Below, in pieces: positions 13,698 through 24,931 of a stretch of DNA of 64,000 bases. Both the position numbers and the translations under genes were made by a program. The stretch is from Geosiphon pyriformis uo1 (taxonomy: Eukaryota; Fungi; Glomeromycota), in the NCBI GenBank assembly GCA_016748015.1, contig JAAOMT010000503.1:273669-337668 (forward strand), in the 5' to 3' direction. The notes beneath the pieces are model-generated. The model was not told where the DNA came from. It searched no databases and worked only from the letters and a program-made list of their open reading frames with translations. Position 1 is the first letter of the stretch. Every line of letters begins with the position of its first letter.

Positions 13698-15067
13698 ATG
13701 AATTTCAGAAATTACAACAATCTTAAAAATTATTTGGAGACTCTTACCATGCCAAAAAATTGGTTTTCAAGTGAAAAACATTATTTACAACATCAGTCAA
13801 AACAATATTTCATACATCACAACAAAATTTATTTCAAAAATCACAAAAACCCAAACCAACCATTCAGATTAGTACAAGAAAATAAAAAAAAAAACAATCC
13901 TATATAACATGCATACAGATTCTTCTTTAGCATACTTGAGAAGAGATAGAACAATTCAAAGAACACTTGAACATTATTTTTGGCCTCACATGCAAAAAGA
14001 CATTTGACAATATGTAGAATCTTGTGATAGTTATCAAAGAAGAAAAGGAACTCACTCCACAGAACTTTTAAATCCAATCAAAGTTGGACAACCTTTTGAC
14101 AGAGTTAGAATTGATTTAGTCGGACCATTATCTATCACAACTCAAGGAAATTGCTATATTGCAGTAGCAGTAAATTATCTCACCAAATGGCCTGAAGCTA
14201 GAGCTATTCAAAGAGCAAATACAAAATCAGTAGCAAATTTCATCTATAAAGACATTATTTGTAGACATGGATGCCCAATTGAACGTTTATCTGATCAAAA
14301 AACACATTTTGTGAACAACTTGATACAAAAAATTTGTGAATGGTTTAATGTCAAAAGACCTCTACTATCATATTATCACCTTCAAATAAATAGACTTATA
14401 GAATGTTTCAACAGAACATTGTGTGAATCTTTAGCCAAAGTCTCAACAGATTTTGAGCAGAAATAGGATATCTTTATTCCATTAGTGTTACTAGCATACA
14501 GAACACTAAAACAAGATACTACAAAACACACATCATTTGATCTTACTTATGGAATGACAGCAATACTACCAATTAATTTCACAGTAGAAACATATATAGT
14601 ACAACCAATCAATGAAGAAAACTTTCAAGAAACACTCCAAAGAAGGGCCTACATTCTTCTTAGTACACTGGAAGAAAAAAGAAAGATAGCAGCAACTCAT
14701 ATTGAACATTCCCAAGCTCAACAAAAAGAAAGACATGACAACAAATTACCACCTATAACTGACGAATTTAAAGTTGGAAATAAAGTTTTCTTACACAGAA
14801 CTAAGGCTGAAAAACAATGGAGTGGAAAATTTAAAAACAAATGGGATAGACCATTTTATATTCACAAAATTCTAGGCAATAGATCATACAAGTTAAGACT
14901 TGGTGACAAAGTACTAGCAAAAGTTGCATATGGAAATAGATTGAAACAATCCTGAACTATTAATTCCACAAATTGGTACATATTCTCCTTTAGTTAATCC
15001 TGAAGATATTTTCCGAAATTTAGAACCAATAATTATAATAAAACAACAACCAAACTTAAACACTTAA
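13698..15067 (+). pseudogene. Integrase ORF of copy B
   Basis: Own ATG (MNFRNYNNLKNYL); HYFWP, YLTKWPEA, LAYRT; collinear with A 797-2182. Confidence 0.88.
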
Positions 15068-15220
15068 TTCAATATATTCTTACAATAATCTTTTTTAATA
15101 ACACACAAAAACAAGAAAAAATATAGTAAATAATTACAAGAAAAAAAAATAAAAAACCCCACACCCAAAAATAATTTTTTTATTCTTTTTAATTTATTAG
15201 TTATTTTAGTCATTTTTACC

Positions 15221-15928
15221 ATAATTATTCTCCAAAATATCCAACAAATATCCCAAAAATTAATGTTAGCCTTGAAAACACTTCCTGACTTATTCATAAC
15301 GATTAATGAAAGTCAAATTAATTACATTCAAAAAGAAATCACAGCCCCAGTAGTAAATAATTCTCAGAACTATCATTTTTATAGAAGAAAAACAAGAAGT
15401 CACTTTGAAAATAGGTTGCCAAAACTTTTGAGGCAAGCACTAAAAGAAAACCTTTTAATTGCCCCTATTGACATTCTACCAAATGCCACAATGCAACAAA
15501 AACTTCTACTATTTCTTAATAAACAGAACAATGAACATACTTTTATATATAGATATTTTCATATTAGAAAAACACTTTATGAACGAAAACTGGAACTTGA
15601 AGCAACCAACATCACTCCTAAGGCTATACAAAAACAAATTCACAATGAATTCAAGACAGCAGCTGGACCAACAAACACTTGCTACAAACTTAAAGCAGCA
15701 TCTAGATTTTATGATTTATTCAACACTTGTGAAAACATCCTACAAAATCCAATACTCCATCTAATGAAGATTCAATACATTGGAAAACTCACAAAACTGA
15801 AATTTCAACAATTTTCAGACCAGATCACTTTAATTATCTTGGACCACTATCTTAATATCACAGATAGTGCTTGGACTTCGATGAAGCTCAGTCTTGAGAA
15901 GGAAATTATGTTACCAGTAGAATTTTAG
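15221..15928 (+). CDS. Accessory ORF3 of copy B (221 aa open from 15263), unknown function, not env-like
   Basis: Long sense ORF between IN and the PPT; homologous to F 44256-45074; upstream ATG preserved in copy A. Confidence 0.75.
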   Translation: MIILQNIQQISQKLMLALKTLPDLFITINESQINYIQKEITAPVVNNSQNYHFYRRKTRSHFENRLPKLLRQALKENLLIAPIDILPNATMQQKLLLFLNKQNNEHTFIYRYFHIRKTLYERKLELEATNITPKAIQKQIHNEFKTAAGPTNTCYKLKAASRFYDLFNTCENILQNPILHLMKIQYIGKLTKLKFQQFSDQITLIILDHYLNITDSAWTSMKLSLEKEIMLPVEF

Positions 15929-16879
15929 CTATTAATTAGCATGAAATTACCTTCATAATTCCTATTATTAATTAGTATACATTATTATTAATTTGATTAT
16001 CATTTATTATTTAATCAAATTATCAAATATCATTACTCAATCAATAATCCGATTTGTACTTTAGAAATTAAGATGATCAAATTACACAATACTCTGAACC
16101 ATTTAACATAGTCAAAATTCGCCGAAATTAATGAAAATTGGCCGAAATAATCAAATAGTTCAGTGAAATAACTTGTAGTTTGCCAAAATGTATCTTTAGT
16201 TCACCCAAATTATAGCAAAGAGAAAAGTACAAGTTCAAAGATTAGTACTACAACAAATTGTATAAAAGAAGAGCTTCTCTCTTCAAGAAAATGTATCTTC
16301 TCATAGTATTTTATCATAGTATTTTACTTTGGATATTTTAATTAAAACAAATCATCTTTTTACATATTCAAATAAAAATTAAATATTCGAAAACCAAATC
16401 TTTGATTATTACACTTGAAATTCTCCAAAAAACCAACTAACACTTTGAAATTGATTAGCTACCAATTTCAGTAATCTGTTAGCAAATCCAGGTCTGGATA
16501 AAAAACGTTTCCCTTGACAGAATTCTATTTCTTTTACATTTCTTTTATTTTATTTTTTTTCTTATCATAATCATTTGGGTAGTCTATAGACAAGATCCCT
16601 GTAGAAAAGTTGACTTTCACAGCAAAGTAACTACACATTTTTAGTGAGCTTCCAGACAAACAATTCCTGGGAAAAAGTTGATGTTTACTACAACATAACT
16701 ACATAAAGTAACTGGTAAGAAATTGGCTATTCTACTTATAAGCCCAGCAGTTTAAATTATAAGAGATAATTTGAAGATAAATTCAGTTACTGGAGGTCCA
16801 ACTACTTCCTGAAAACGTGAATTCACAGCAAATCAACATTAACAACATTCAAGAAAAGAGACAAAAATCTCCAGTAACA
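15909..16879 (+). repeat. 3' LTR of copy B (~971 bp)
   Basis: TGTTACCAG...CCAGTAACA, preceded by the purine tract GAGAAGGAAATTA. Confidence 0.93.
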
Positions 16880-17421
16880 CTGTCAACAAATGATCATACA
16901 CTTGTATAATTCTATGTCTTATATTGGCACTCTTAGAATTCAATATCAAATATTAAATGTACTCTTTAGTCACATTTTATTTAATAATTTTCAAATGCTA
17001 CAATTACACATTTCAGGAAAAAAGTAGAGAATAACCAATAAATAATCTTTTATTCCAAGATATTCAAATACTTGAAAGTAAGGAAAAAGAATTTTAGTAA
17101 TAAAAAAAGATTAAGATAAAAGTTGTTATTTTATTTATTTTATTTCCTTGATTTTTAACATGCCTTGTTTTTTAACATGTCTTTTCTATAGCTAAGAGGT
17201 TCATTGCTTATATAGCTATCAAAAATGGTCAATAATCAGGTTAATGACTAGGTCAATGATTAGGTCAATGATTAAGTTAATAATTAGGTCAATGATCAAG
17301 TCAATGATCAGGTTATTAATTAAGTCAATGATCACTATTTAAAAATAAGATGGCTAATTATATGAAATTGGTGGCTAATATATGTAATAACTAATAAAAA
17401 GTATGGGTTTCAATCATAACA
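16880..17421 (-). repeat. Part of the 3' LTR of D0, interrupted by insertion B
   Basis: Matches 18244-18757; PPT-like TTTTTGGAGAGAATAA precedes TGTTATG on the minus strand. Confidence 0.88.
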
Positions 17422-18040
17422 TTATTCTCTCCAAAAAGATTGAGTTTTAGCAAAATCAAGCTATTTATAGAATAATTTATTTGAAAAGTTTTGTCTAATT
17501 CAAAGCTAACTAGTTTATTAAAGTCTTTGGTGGATAAGATATATAATATTTAAGGCAAAATAAGTTTTGTATCCAAGAGATCAAATCTTTGTATTAGAGT
17601 TTTGGCTCTTTTAGCAATAATTAAAACTCTTGGAATATCTAATCATATATGTCCAAAATTTCTGTCTATATTTCTGAAGTTGTTTTCTTTATTAGTTTCA
17701 TGTTCTTTATGATTTCATTAAGACAACCATAGAGTTCTAATTGTCTTCTATATAACAAGTTTTTGTCTATAGGCAAAATTTCTTGAAGTGTTTTTTCAAT
17801 TGTGCTAAAAGGTGGGAGTATAGCTGCTATTATACTTTCTAATAGATATTTATCTATTTTCCTACCAATTTTTTCTCTTCTGATAACAGTATGTATACTA
17901 CTGTTATCAGTTATGGTGGTCTGTTTTCCAATGGTCAGAGTAATATTTGAATAGTTTTTAATTTAATATTCATAAAGAGTATAGAAAGTGTTTTAAATAT
18001 TTTGATCCAGAAAATAATTATTTATGTTAATTAAAAATAC

Positions 18041-18757
18041 TGTTAAAGGTTGGAGTAACAAGCTAACAAATAGTAAGGGAAAACAGGATTGTAGAGTAAT
18101 GAAAGGAATCAAAAAGAATTCAATTTTAAAGAGTGAATTGAATAAGTATGGATTCAATGTGCAAGATCAATCTTATAAAATATTTCAGTTGCTATGTTTT
18201 TCAAAGGATAACCAAGAATTTGAAGATAGAAGGATAGTCCATACTGTCAACAAATAATCACACACTGGTATAATTTTATGCCTCACATTGGTGTTCTTAG
18301 AATTCAATATCAGGTATTAGATATACTCTTCAGTCATGTTTTATTTAATAATCTTCAAATGCTGCAATTACACATTTCAGAAAAAGAGTAAAAAATAACC
18401 AACAAGTAATTTTTTATTCCAAAATGTTCAAATACTTGAAGGTAGGAAAAGAGAAATTAGTGATAAAAGAATTATTAAGATGAAAGTTGTTATTTTTATT
18501 TATTTGATTTTTTTGATTTTTGACATGCTTTTCTACAGCTAAGAGATTCATTGCTTATATAGCTATCAAAAATAGTCAATAATCAGGTCAATGACTAGAT
18601 CAATGATTAGGTCAATAATCAGATTATTGATCAAATTAATGGTCAGGTCATTGATTAGATCAATGATTACTTTCTAAAAATAGAGTGGCTAATTTATATG
18701 ACATTAGTAGTTAATACATGTGATAATTAATAAAAAGTATAAGTTTTAATCATAACA
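18041..18757 (-). repeat. 3' LTR of D1 (~717 bp)
   Basis: TGTTA...TAACA termini; direct repeat of 33092-33799. Confidence 0.92.
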
Positions 18758-19383
18758 TTATCCTTTCCAAAAAGATTGAGCTTCAGCAAAATCAAGCTAT
18801 TTATAATGTAATCTATTTAAAAAGTTTTATTTAACTTAAAGCTAACTAGTTTGTTGAAGTTTTTTGTGGATAGGGTATATAATACTTGAGATGAAATGAG
18901 TTTTGTATTCAAGAGACCAAATCTTTGTATTAGAGTTTTGGCTCTTTTAGCAATAGTTAAAATTTTTGAGACATCTAACTATATAATGCCCAAAATTTCT
19001 GCCTGTATCTCTGAAGTTGTTTTCTTCATGAGTTTTATATTTTTTATGATTTCTTCAAGGTGACTATAGAGTTTTAATTGCCTTCCATATAACAAGTTTT
19101 TATCTATGGGTAAGATTTCTTAGAGTGTTTTTTTAATTGTGCTGGAAGGTGGAAGTATAGCTGCTGTTATATTTTTCAACAGATATTTATCTATTTTGCT
19201 ATTAATTTTTTCTCTTCTGGTAGTAGTTTTTTTTGGTTTAATAACAGTATGTGTTCTACTGTTATCAATTATGGTGGTTTGTTTTCCAATGATCAGAATA
19301 GCATTTGGATAGTTTTTGATCCAATACTCATGAAGAGTATAGAAGACATTTTGAATGTTTTGATTTAGAAAATAATTGTTCAT
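18758..19383 (-). pseudogene. Accessory ORF3 of D1 (second copy in D0 at 17422-18025)
   Basis: MNNYFLNQNIQNVF... frameshifted remnant ending LDFAEAQSFWKG* at the PPT. Confidence 0.65.
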
Positions 19384-19448
19384 ATCAATTAAAGATATCT
19401 TTGTTTTGGGAATAATACATTTATTTATACTTGATTTTTGCTAATCAT

Positions 19449-20745
19449 TTAAGTCGGTATTACCACAACAGGCAACCAATTAGATTGTTTATGATATTTT
19501 TTGAGTCATGTATCATGAACAGGACAATTATTGAAGATTGTTCTGGATTGATTTTGAAGAATATAAGAACTATTGTTCAAAACTTTGTTGACTATAAAGG
19601 GTCTTTTCTATCAGTTAGAAAATTTATCACCATAAACATTGTCTCTATCTGAATGGTATTCTAATACCAAGTCATCAGCACTTAAAAAAAGTGTTTTATA
19701 GGTTTTCTTTTTCTTAAGCTTTTTATTGGAACTGTTTTATCTTTTCAAAAGCAATTATTCATGTTTCTACCAAAAAGTTAAGAATGATACTATGTCTTCT
19801 TTGCAAAATGTCTTTGTAATTTTCTATTGTGATTTCTTCAAAAAATATTGTTTCAATGTTAATTTCTATTGGTAGTGTTGCCATGTATTCATAGAGCAGA
19901 TAAAAAGATTCATAACTTGTTATGTCATAATTCACAGTTCTATAAGCAAACAAAGCTAAAAACAGTACTTTGTTCTATAAGTTTGTTTTTTCACTGGTTT
20001 TGGCTAAGGTTTTACATAGTGTTCTATTAAAATGTTCTACTAGATCATTTGTTTAGAAGTAATAAGGAGAGGAAAGTTTATGACATATTTCCATTTTTTT
20101 ATAAAGTTCTTCAATTAGTGTATTAAGAAAAGCTCTTTCTTTATCAGATAAAAGTTCTTTAGAGCAGCCCTGACAGCAAATGATATCTTCATAAATGAAA
20201 TTAATTATTAAGACTGCTGTTTGATTAGGAGTAGTTCTTGTTTCTACCCACTTTGTAAGATAGTCAGTAGCTATAATAATGTATCTGTTGTCATTAGGAG
20301 TTATTGTTAAAGATCCAACAACATTTATATCAATTTTGTTAAATAGTTGACCAACAGAGATTGGATGAATATCTTTTTTGTGATTGGGTGTGCCTCTTCT
20401 TTGACAGATGTCACAGGTTTTGATGTATTCAGCAATGTTCTTTCCTAAGATAGACCAATAATAGTAAGCTAAAGTTTTTTGAATTGTCTTTGTTTTTCCA
20501 AAGTGTCTAGCTAATGAGTCAGTATATATATTGTATACTACAATTTCTCTTTCTTCAAATTTAATGACTCTTTGGAGGTGGTCAGGATCTTTTCTATTTC
20601 TTTTATATAGCTGGTTCTAGTGAATCAAATAAAAATTTAATTGTTTGTGCAAATGTTCTCTTTGCTGTTAAGTGTATTCTGGTGAATATTGTTCTTTACC
20701 CAAAAATTTCATTAAGACAAAATAGTTGTCCAAGTCTATTATCAT
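19449..20745 (-). pseudogene. Integrase ORF of D1
   Basis: DLDNYFVLMKFL start region, HFGKTKT, DYLTKW, FAYRT, RPF; ends WLPVVVIPT*. Confidence 0.82.
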
Positions 20746-22425
20746 GTTTGTTTATAAAGGAGTTACTAATAATTAAGTTGGTTTGGTTTGAGAGATTATA
20801 CTATCACTGGATGGTAAGTCTAGAAAGAGCATTGGCATTTTAATGATTTGCTCCTTTGTGGTATTGAATATCATAATCGAATTTATCCAAGTAAAGTATT
20901 CAGTGAGTTATTCATTTGTGTTCCAGCTTTTTTTTATTGTGCAGTTAAACCAAGACTTGATAATCTGTTATGACTAAGAATTTTGCACCAAAAAGATATT
21001 GATCCCAGTAACTAGTAGTCCAAACTACTATTAAACATTCTTGTTCAGTAACTGAATAGTTTTTTTCTGCAGATGTGAAAGATCTATTGGCATATGCTAT
21101 GGCATGTTTTCTGTTATTTTCATCTTTTTGTGAAAAGACAGCACCAAGTCCATAGCCAGATGTATTAGTGTGGAGAATAAAAGATTGGTTCAGATTAGAT
21201 TGTTTGAGAATTGGTTTAGTAACAAGTTTTTCCTTCAGAATTTCAAAAGCTTTTTGTTGATGAGTGCCCTAGTAATAATTGACATTTTTCCTGAGTAGCT
21301 GATTGAAAAAAAAGACAATTTTGGAGAAATCTTTAATAAATTTGTAATAGTAAGAGACCAAACCAAGAAAAGAGCATAGTTCAAGAACATTCATTGGTTG
21401 TTTGATGTTCTGAACTTTTTCAACTTTAGCTGGGTCAAGGAAGATTCCATCTTTTGTAATAAGATGACCAAAGAACTAGGTGGATTAGCATTCAAAGAAA
21501 GATTTGATTGGATTAATCTTGAGGCCAGCATTTCTGAACAGGTCAAAAATCTTTTGCAAGTGTTCAAGATGTTCATCCCAGGTTTTTGAGTAAACCATTA
21601 TGTTGTCTAAGTAGACTAAAACAAAGTTTTCTTTTACTGATTCAAATACTTTGTCCATTAAGTGTTGAAAGGTGGGAGGGACATTGGTAAGACCAAAAGA
21701 CATGACTGTGAATTCATAGATATCATACTTGGTAATAAAAGCAGTTTTCTTTCTGCTTTTTGGATCCATCTCTACCTGCCAAAATCCAGCAGTTAAGTTA
21801 ATAATTGAGAAAAAAGCAGCACTATTGAATTTATTTAGCATTGCATTAATTTTGAAAAGTAGGTACATGTTTCTTATAGTAATGGCATTTAATTGGCAGT
21901 AGTTGACACAGAAATGTAGAGTTTTACCTTTCTTGAATATCACTACAACTAGAAAAGCCTATTTACTCTTGGTTTCTTGTATAAATTCAAAATCTTTCAT
22001 CCAGCTTATCACTTTTTTGATAAACTCATCATTGTGTCAATTGGATTGATAAGGCTTTAAATAGATGAAACAAGTTTTTTTTGTGGTGATAGTGTGTTGT
22101 ATCACATGAGTTCATCCAAGAATATCATTTTCTTTGAATATAACTGGGCTATTTTTAGCCAATAGGTTTTCAATGTCAACTTTTCTTTCTTTAGGGGAGG
22201 GTTCTTTTTGTTTTATAATTAATGATTGGATTTTAGGTGGTTTATTTTCAAAGAACTTTTGTATCTCTTTTAGTTTTTCTTTGGATATCAAACTAATTGG
22301 CTCTTAATCTTTGTAATAGATTAGACAGGACTTGCATTTATCACTAGAGAAATACAAAGATTTATCACACCAGCACCTGACACAAGAACTATGCCACCAA
22401 TAACTATATTTTGCTTTCTTGCCAG

Positions 22426-23282
22426 TGTTACGGGATGGTTTTCTTGTTATATTTAATTGCTGATATCCCGCTTTAATTGCAATCAGTCTTTCGTGAGTTC
22501 CTCAGTTCTATTTGTGTGATAATGTCACTGTTACACTAAAGGCTTTCTTTTTACTGTTGCGATGTAAGTTATTCTTTAATTCTTGATTGTTGTGTGTGTT
22601 TATGTACTCCTTCTCAGAGGCTGAACTGAAATCTACCCACTGTCTGGGGTCTTCTCTGAGGCTATCCTTGCAATTGCCTGATGTGTTTCTCTAATCTAGA
22701 AACACAGAATGTTAATGGTCTTTAGCGCTTTTCTAATTTTCACAATAAAGCTTTTATCAATTAGTAACAATGTGAATAATCTTGATCAAGGATTATTCTT
22801 CCAAGGGTTTTAGTTGATGAATGATAGTTTCATTCAATAAATAATACAAGTAAGTTTCTTAATACTTTGGGTTGTGATAGTTCAGTTTTAAATATTTCTT
22901 TTTGATTTTTAAAGGTTTCTTGGGATATTTAATTTGAAAGTATAATTTAAAGTGGAGTTTGTTGGATAAAATTGGATCTATTGCTTGATAAGTTATGATT
23001 TTTATTACTTGATTGATTCTTTCCCAATATTAAAACTACTGTATATATACATGTTTGTAGTTCTACGAGAAAATACTTTCTTTTTGATATTTCAACCTGG
23101 TGCTTGCTGCTATCACCAGTTGGTGTTGGCTGCTATTGTGAACTGGTGCTTGCCACTATCGCGAGATGGTGTTTGCTACTATGTTAATCATTACCTTTCT
23201 AAGATTATTACTGTGCTATATTATGATTGAATAGTTTGTATTATTTTTATGATTCTTTTTGCTAAATTCTTAAACTATAACA
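22426..23282 (-). repeat. 3' LTR of E (~857 bp)
   Basis: PPT GAAAGGAGGGGATAA precedes TGTTA on the minus strand; repeat of 29590-30423. Confidence 0.93.
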
Positions 23283-23323
23283 TTATCCCCTCCTTTCAAG
23301 ATTGAGCTCCGTCGAAATCGAAG

Positions 23324-23650
23324 TTAATTTCTTATGTATTGGATTATGTCTGAGCTCATTTTTGGCCAATAGTAACGGCTAGTTGCACGTTGGATGGTTG
23401 CTGTTTTTCCAAAGTGGCCTGAATGAATATCTGAGTGCATGTTAAATAAGATAGTTTCTTTTTTATCCGTGGTTATAACTCTTAATGGATTATCTGGATT
23501 TTGTCGATTCCAGTAATAAAGTATGTGATTTTGGATGAAATAGTGTTTTGCTAATTTTTGGAGCTTAATTAGCTCTTTTACTGGCATTTCTTTGTCTATT
23601 TGTAGTGTTTCCAAGTATTGGCTGAGGTTTTTGTAAAGGTGGTTGTTCAT
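23324..23650 (-). pseudogene. Truncated integrase ORF of E (N-terminal and HHCC part only)
   Basis: MNNHLYKNLSQYL...HSDIHSGHFG...RYYWP, joined directly to the pre-PPT motif. Confidence 0.85.
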
Positions 23651-24547
23651 TGTTGTTGTGGCGGGTGGGTTGGTGATTTTTATGTGTGTCTCATTCTTGA
23701 CAAACAGTCGGCATTAGCATTTTTGGTACCTTCTTTGTATTTGATAATATAATCATATGGTGCTAATGTTTGTGACCATCTGGCGTATTTTCCTTTTAGC
23801 GCTTTCTTGTTATTTAACCAGACCAGACCTCTATGATCTGTCATAATCTCAAAGGGTTGGTACCGTAAATATGTGTCAAAGTGAACACAACTCCAGACTA
23901 CTGCTAAGCATTCAAGTTCATGTGCTGCGTAGTTTTGTTCTGCCGTACTGAGACTTCTGCTGGCATAAGCGATTACATGTTCTCTTCCATTATCATCTTT
24001 TTGTGACAGAATGGCTCCAAGTCCAGTTCCAGAGGCATCTGTGGCCAAAATGAATTTCTTGTTGAAATTCGGATNNNNNNNNNNNNNNNNNNNNNNNNNN
24101 NNNNNNNNNNNNNNNNNNNNNNNNNNNNNNNNNNNNNNNNNNNNNNNNNNNNNNNNNNNNNNNNNNNNNNNNNNNNNNNNNNNNNNNNNNNNNNNNNNNN
24201 NNNNNNNNNNNNNNNNNNNNNNNNNNNNNNNNNNNNNNNNNNNNNNNNNNNNNNNNNNNNNNNNNNNNNNNNNNNNNNNNNNNNNNNNNNNNNNNNNNNN
24301 NNNNNNNNNNNNNNNNNNNNNNNNNNNNNNNNNNNNNNNNNNNNNNNNNNNNNNNNNNNNNNNNNNNNNNNNNNNNNNNNNNNNNNNNNNNNNNNNNNNN
24401 NNNNNNNNNNNNNNNNNNNNNNNNNNNNNNNNNNNNNNNNNNNNNNNNNNNNNNNNNNNNNNNNNNNNNNNNNNNNNNNNNNNNNNNNNNNNNNNNNNNN
24501 NNNNNNNNNNNNNNNNNNNNNNNNNNNNNNNNNNNNNNNNNNNNNNN

Positions 24548-24931
24548 NTTTTCTTGAAGAGAGAAGCTCTTCTTTTATACAACTTGTTGTAGTACTAGTC
24601 TTTGAACTTGCACTTTTTCTCTTTTCTAGAATTTCGGTGAACTAAAGATACATTTCGGCGAACTACAAGTTATTTCGCTGAACTATGAATTATTTCGGCC
24701 AATTTCCATTAATTTCGGCGAATTTTTGCTATGTTATATGGTTCAGGGTATTGTGTAAATTGATCATCTCAATTTCTATGGTCCAAATCGGGTTATTGAT
24801 TAAATGATGATAATTGCTAATTTGATTAAATAATAAGTGAAATTCGAAACGATAATAATATATGCTAATTAATGATAGGAATTATAAAGGAAATTTCATG
24901 CTAATTAATAGCTAAAATTCTACTGGTAACA
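24548..24931 (-). repeat. Family A/B LTR (5' ~384 bp visible) inserted in pol of E
   Basis: Begins TGTTACCAGTAGAATTTTAGC on the minus strand; CpG-rich version of 15909-16300; flank GCGT continues E pol (IPTGDA). Confidence 0.9.

Larger units (their letters stand above)
8957..16879 (+). mobile_element. Ty3/gypsy LTR retrotransposon copy B (family A/B); 5' part displaced upstream by the insertion of A
   Basis: Starts mid-Gag (WQAFKNAF), then PR, Cys-rich region, dUTPase, RT, RNase H, IN, ORF3, PPT and 3' LTR 15909-16879; collinear with copy A. Confidence 0.95.

Noticed and set aside
15263-15928. ORF3 as an envelope gene
   Set aside because: No signal peptide, transmembrane segment or fusion-protein features visible
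17227-17332. 12-bp repeat array as CRISPR-like or iteron-like
   Set aside because: No spacers, eukaryotic context, lies inside an LTR
18280-18300. CCTCACATTGGTGTTC in the D1 LTR resembling PBS pieces
   Set aside because: Other D LTR copies differ here (consensus about GCCTCACGTCGGCGCTC); chance product of CpG decay
22985-23230. Repeated 73-81 aa ORF (also 30150-30371)
   Set aside because: Antisense reading of U3 repeats in the two E LTRs, non-ATG start, no coding signal
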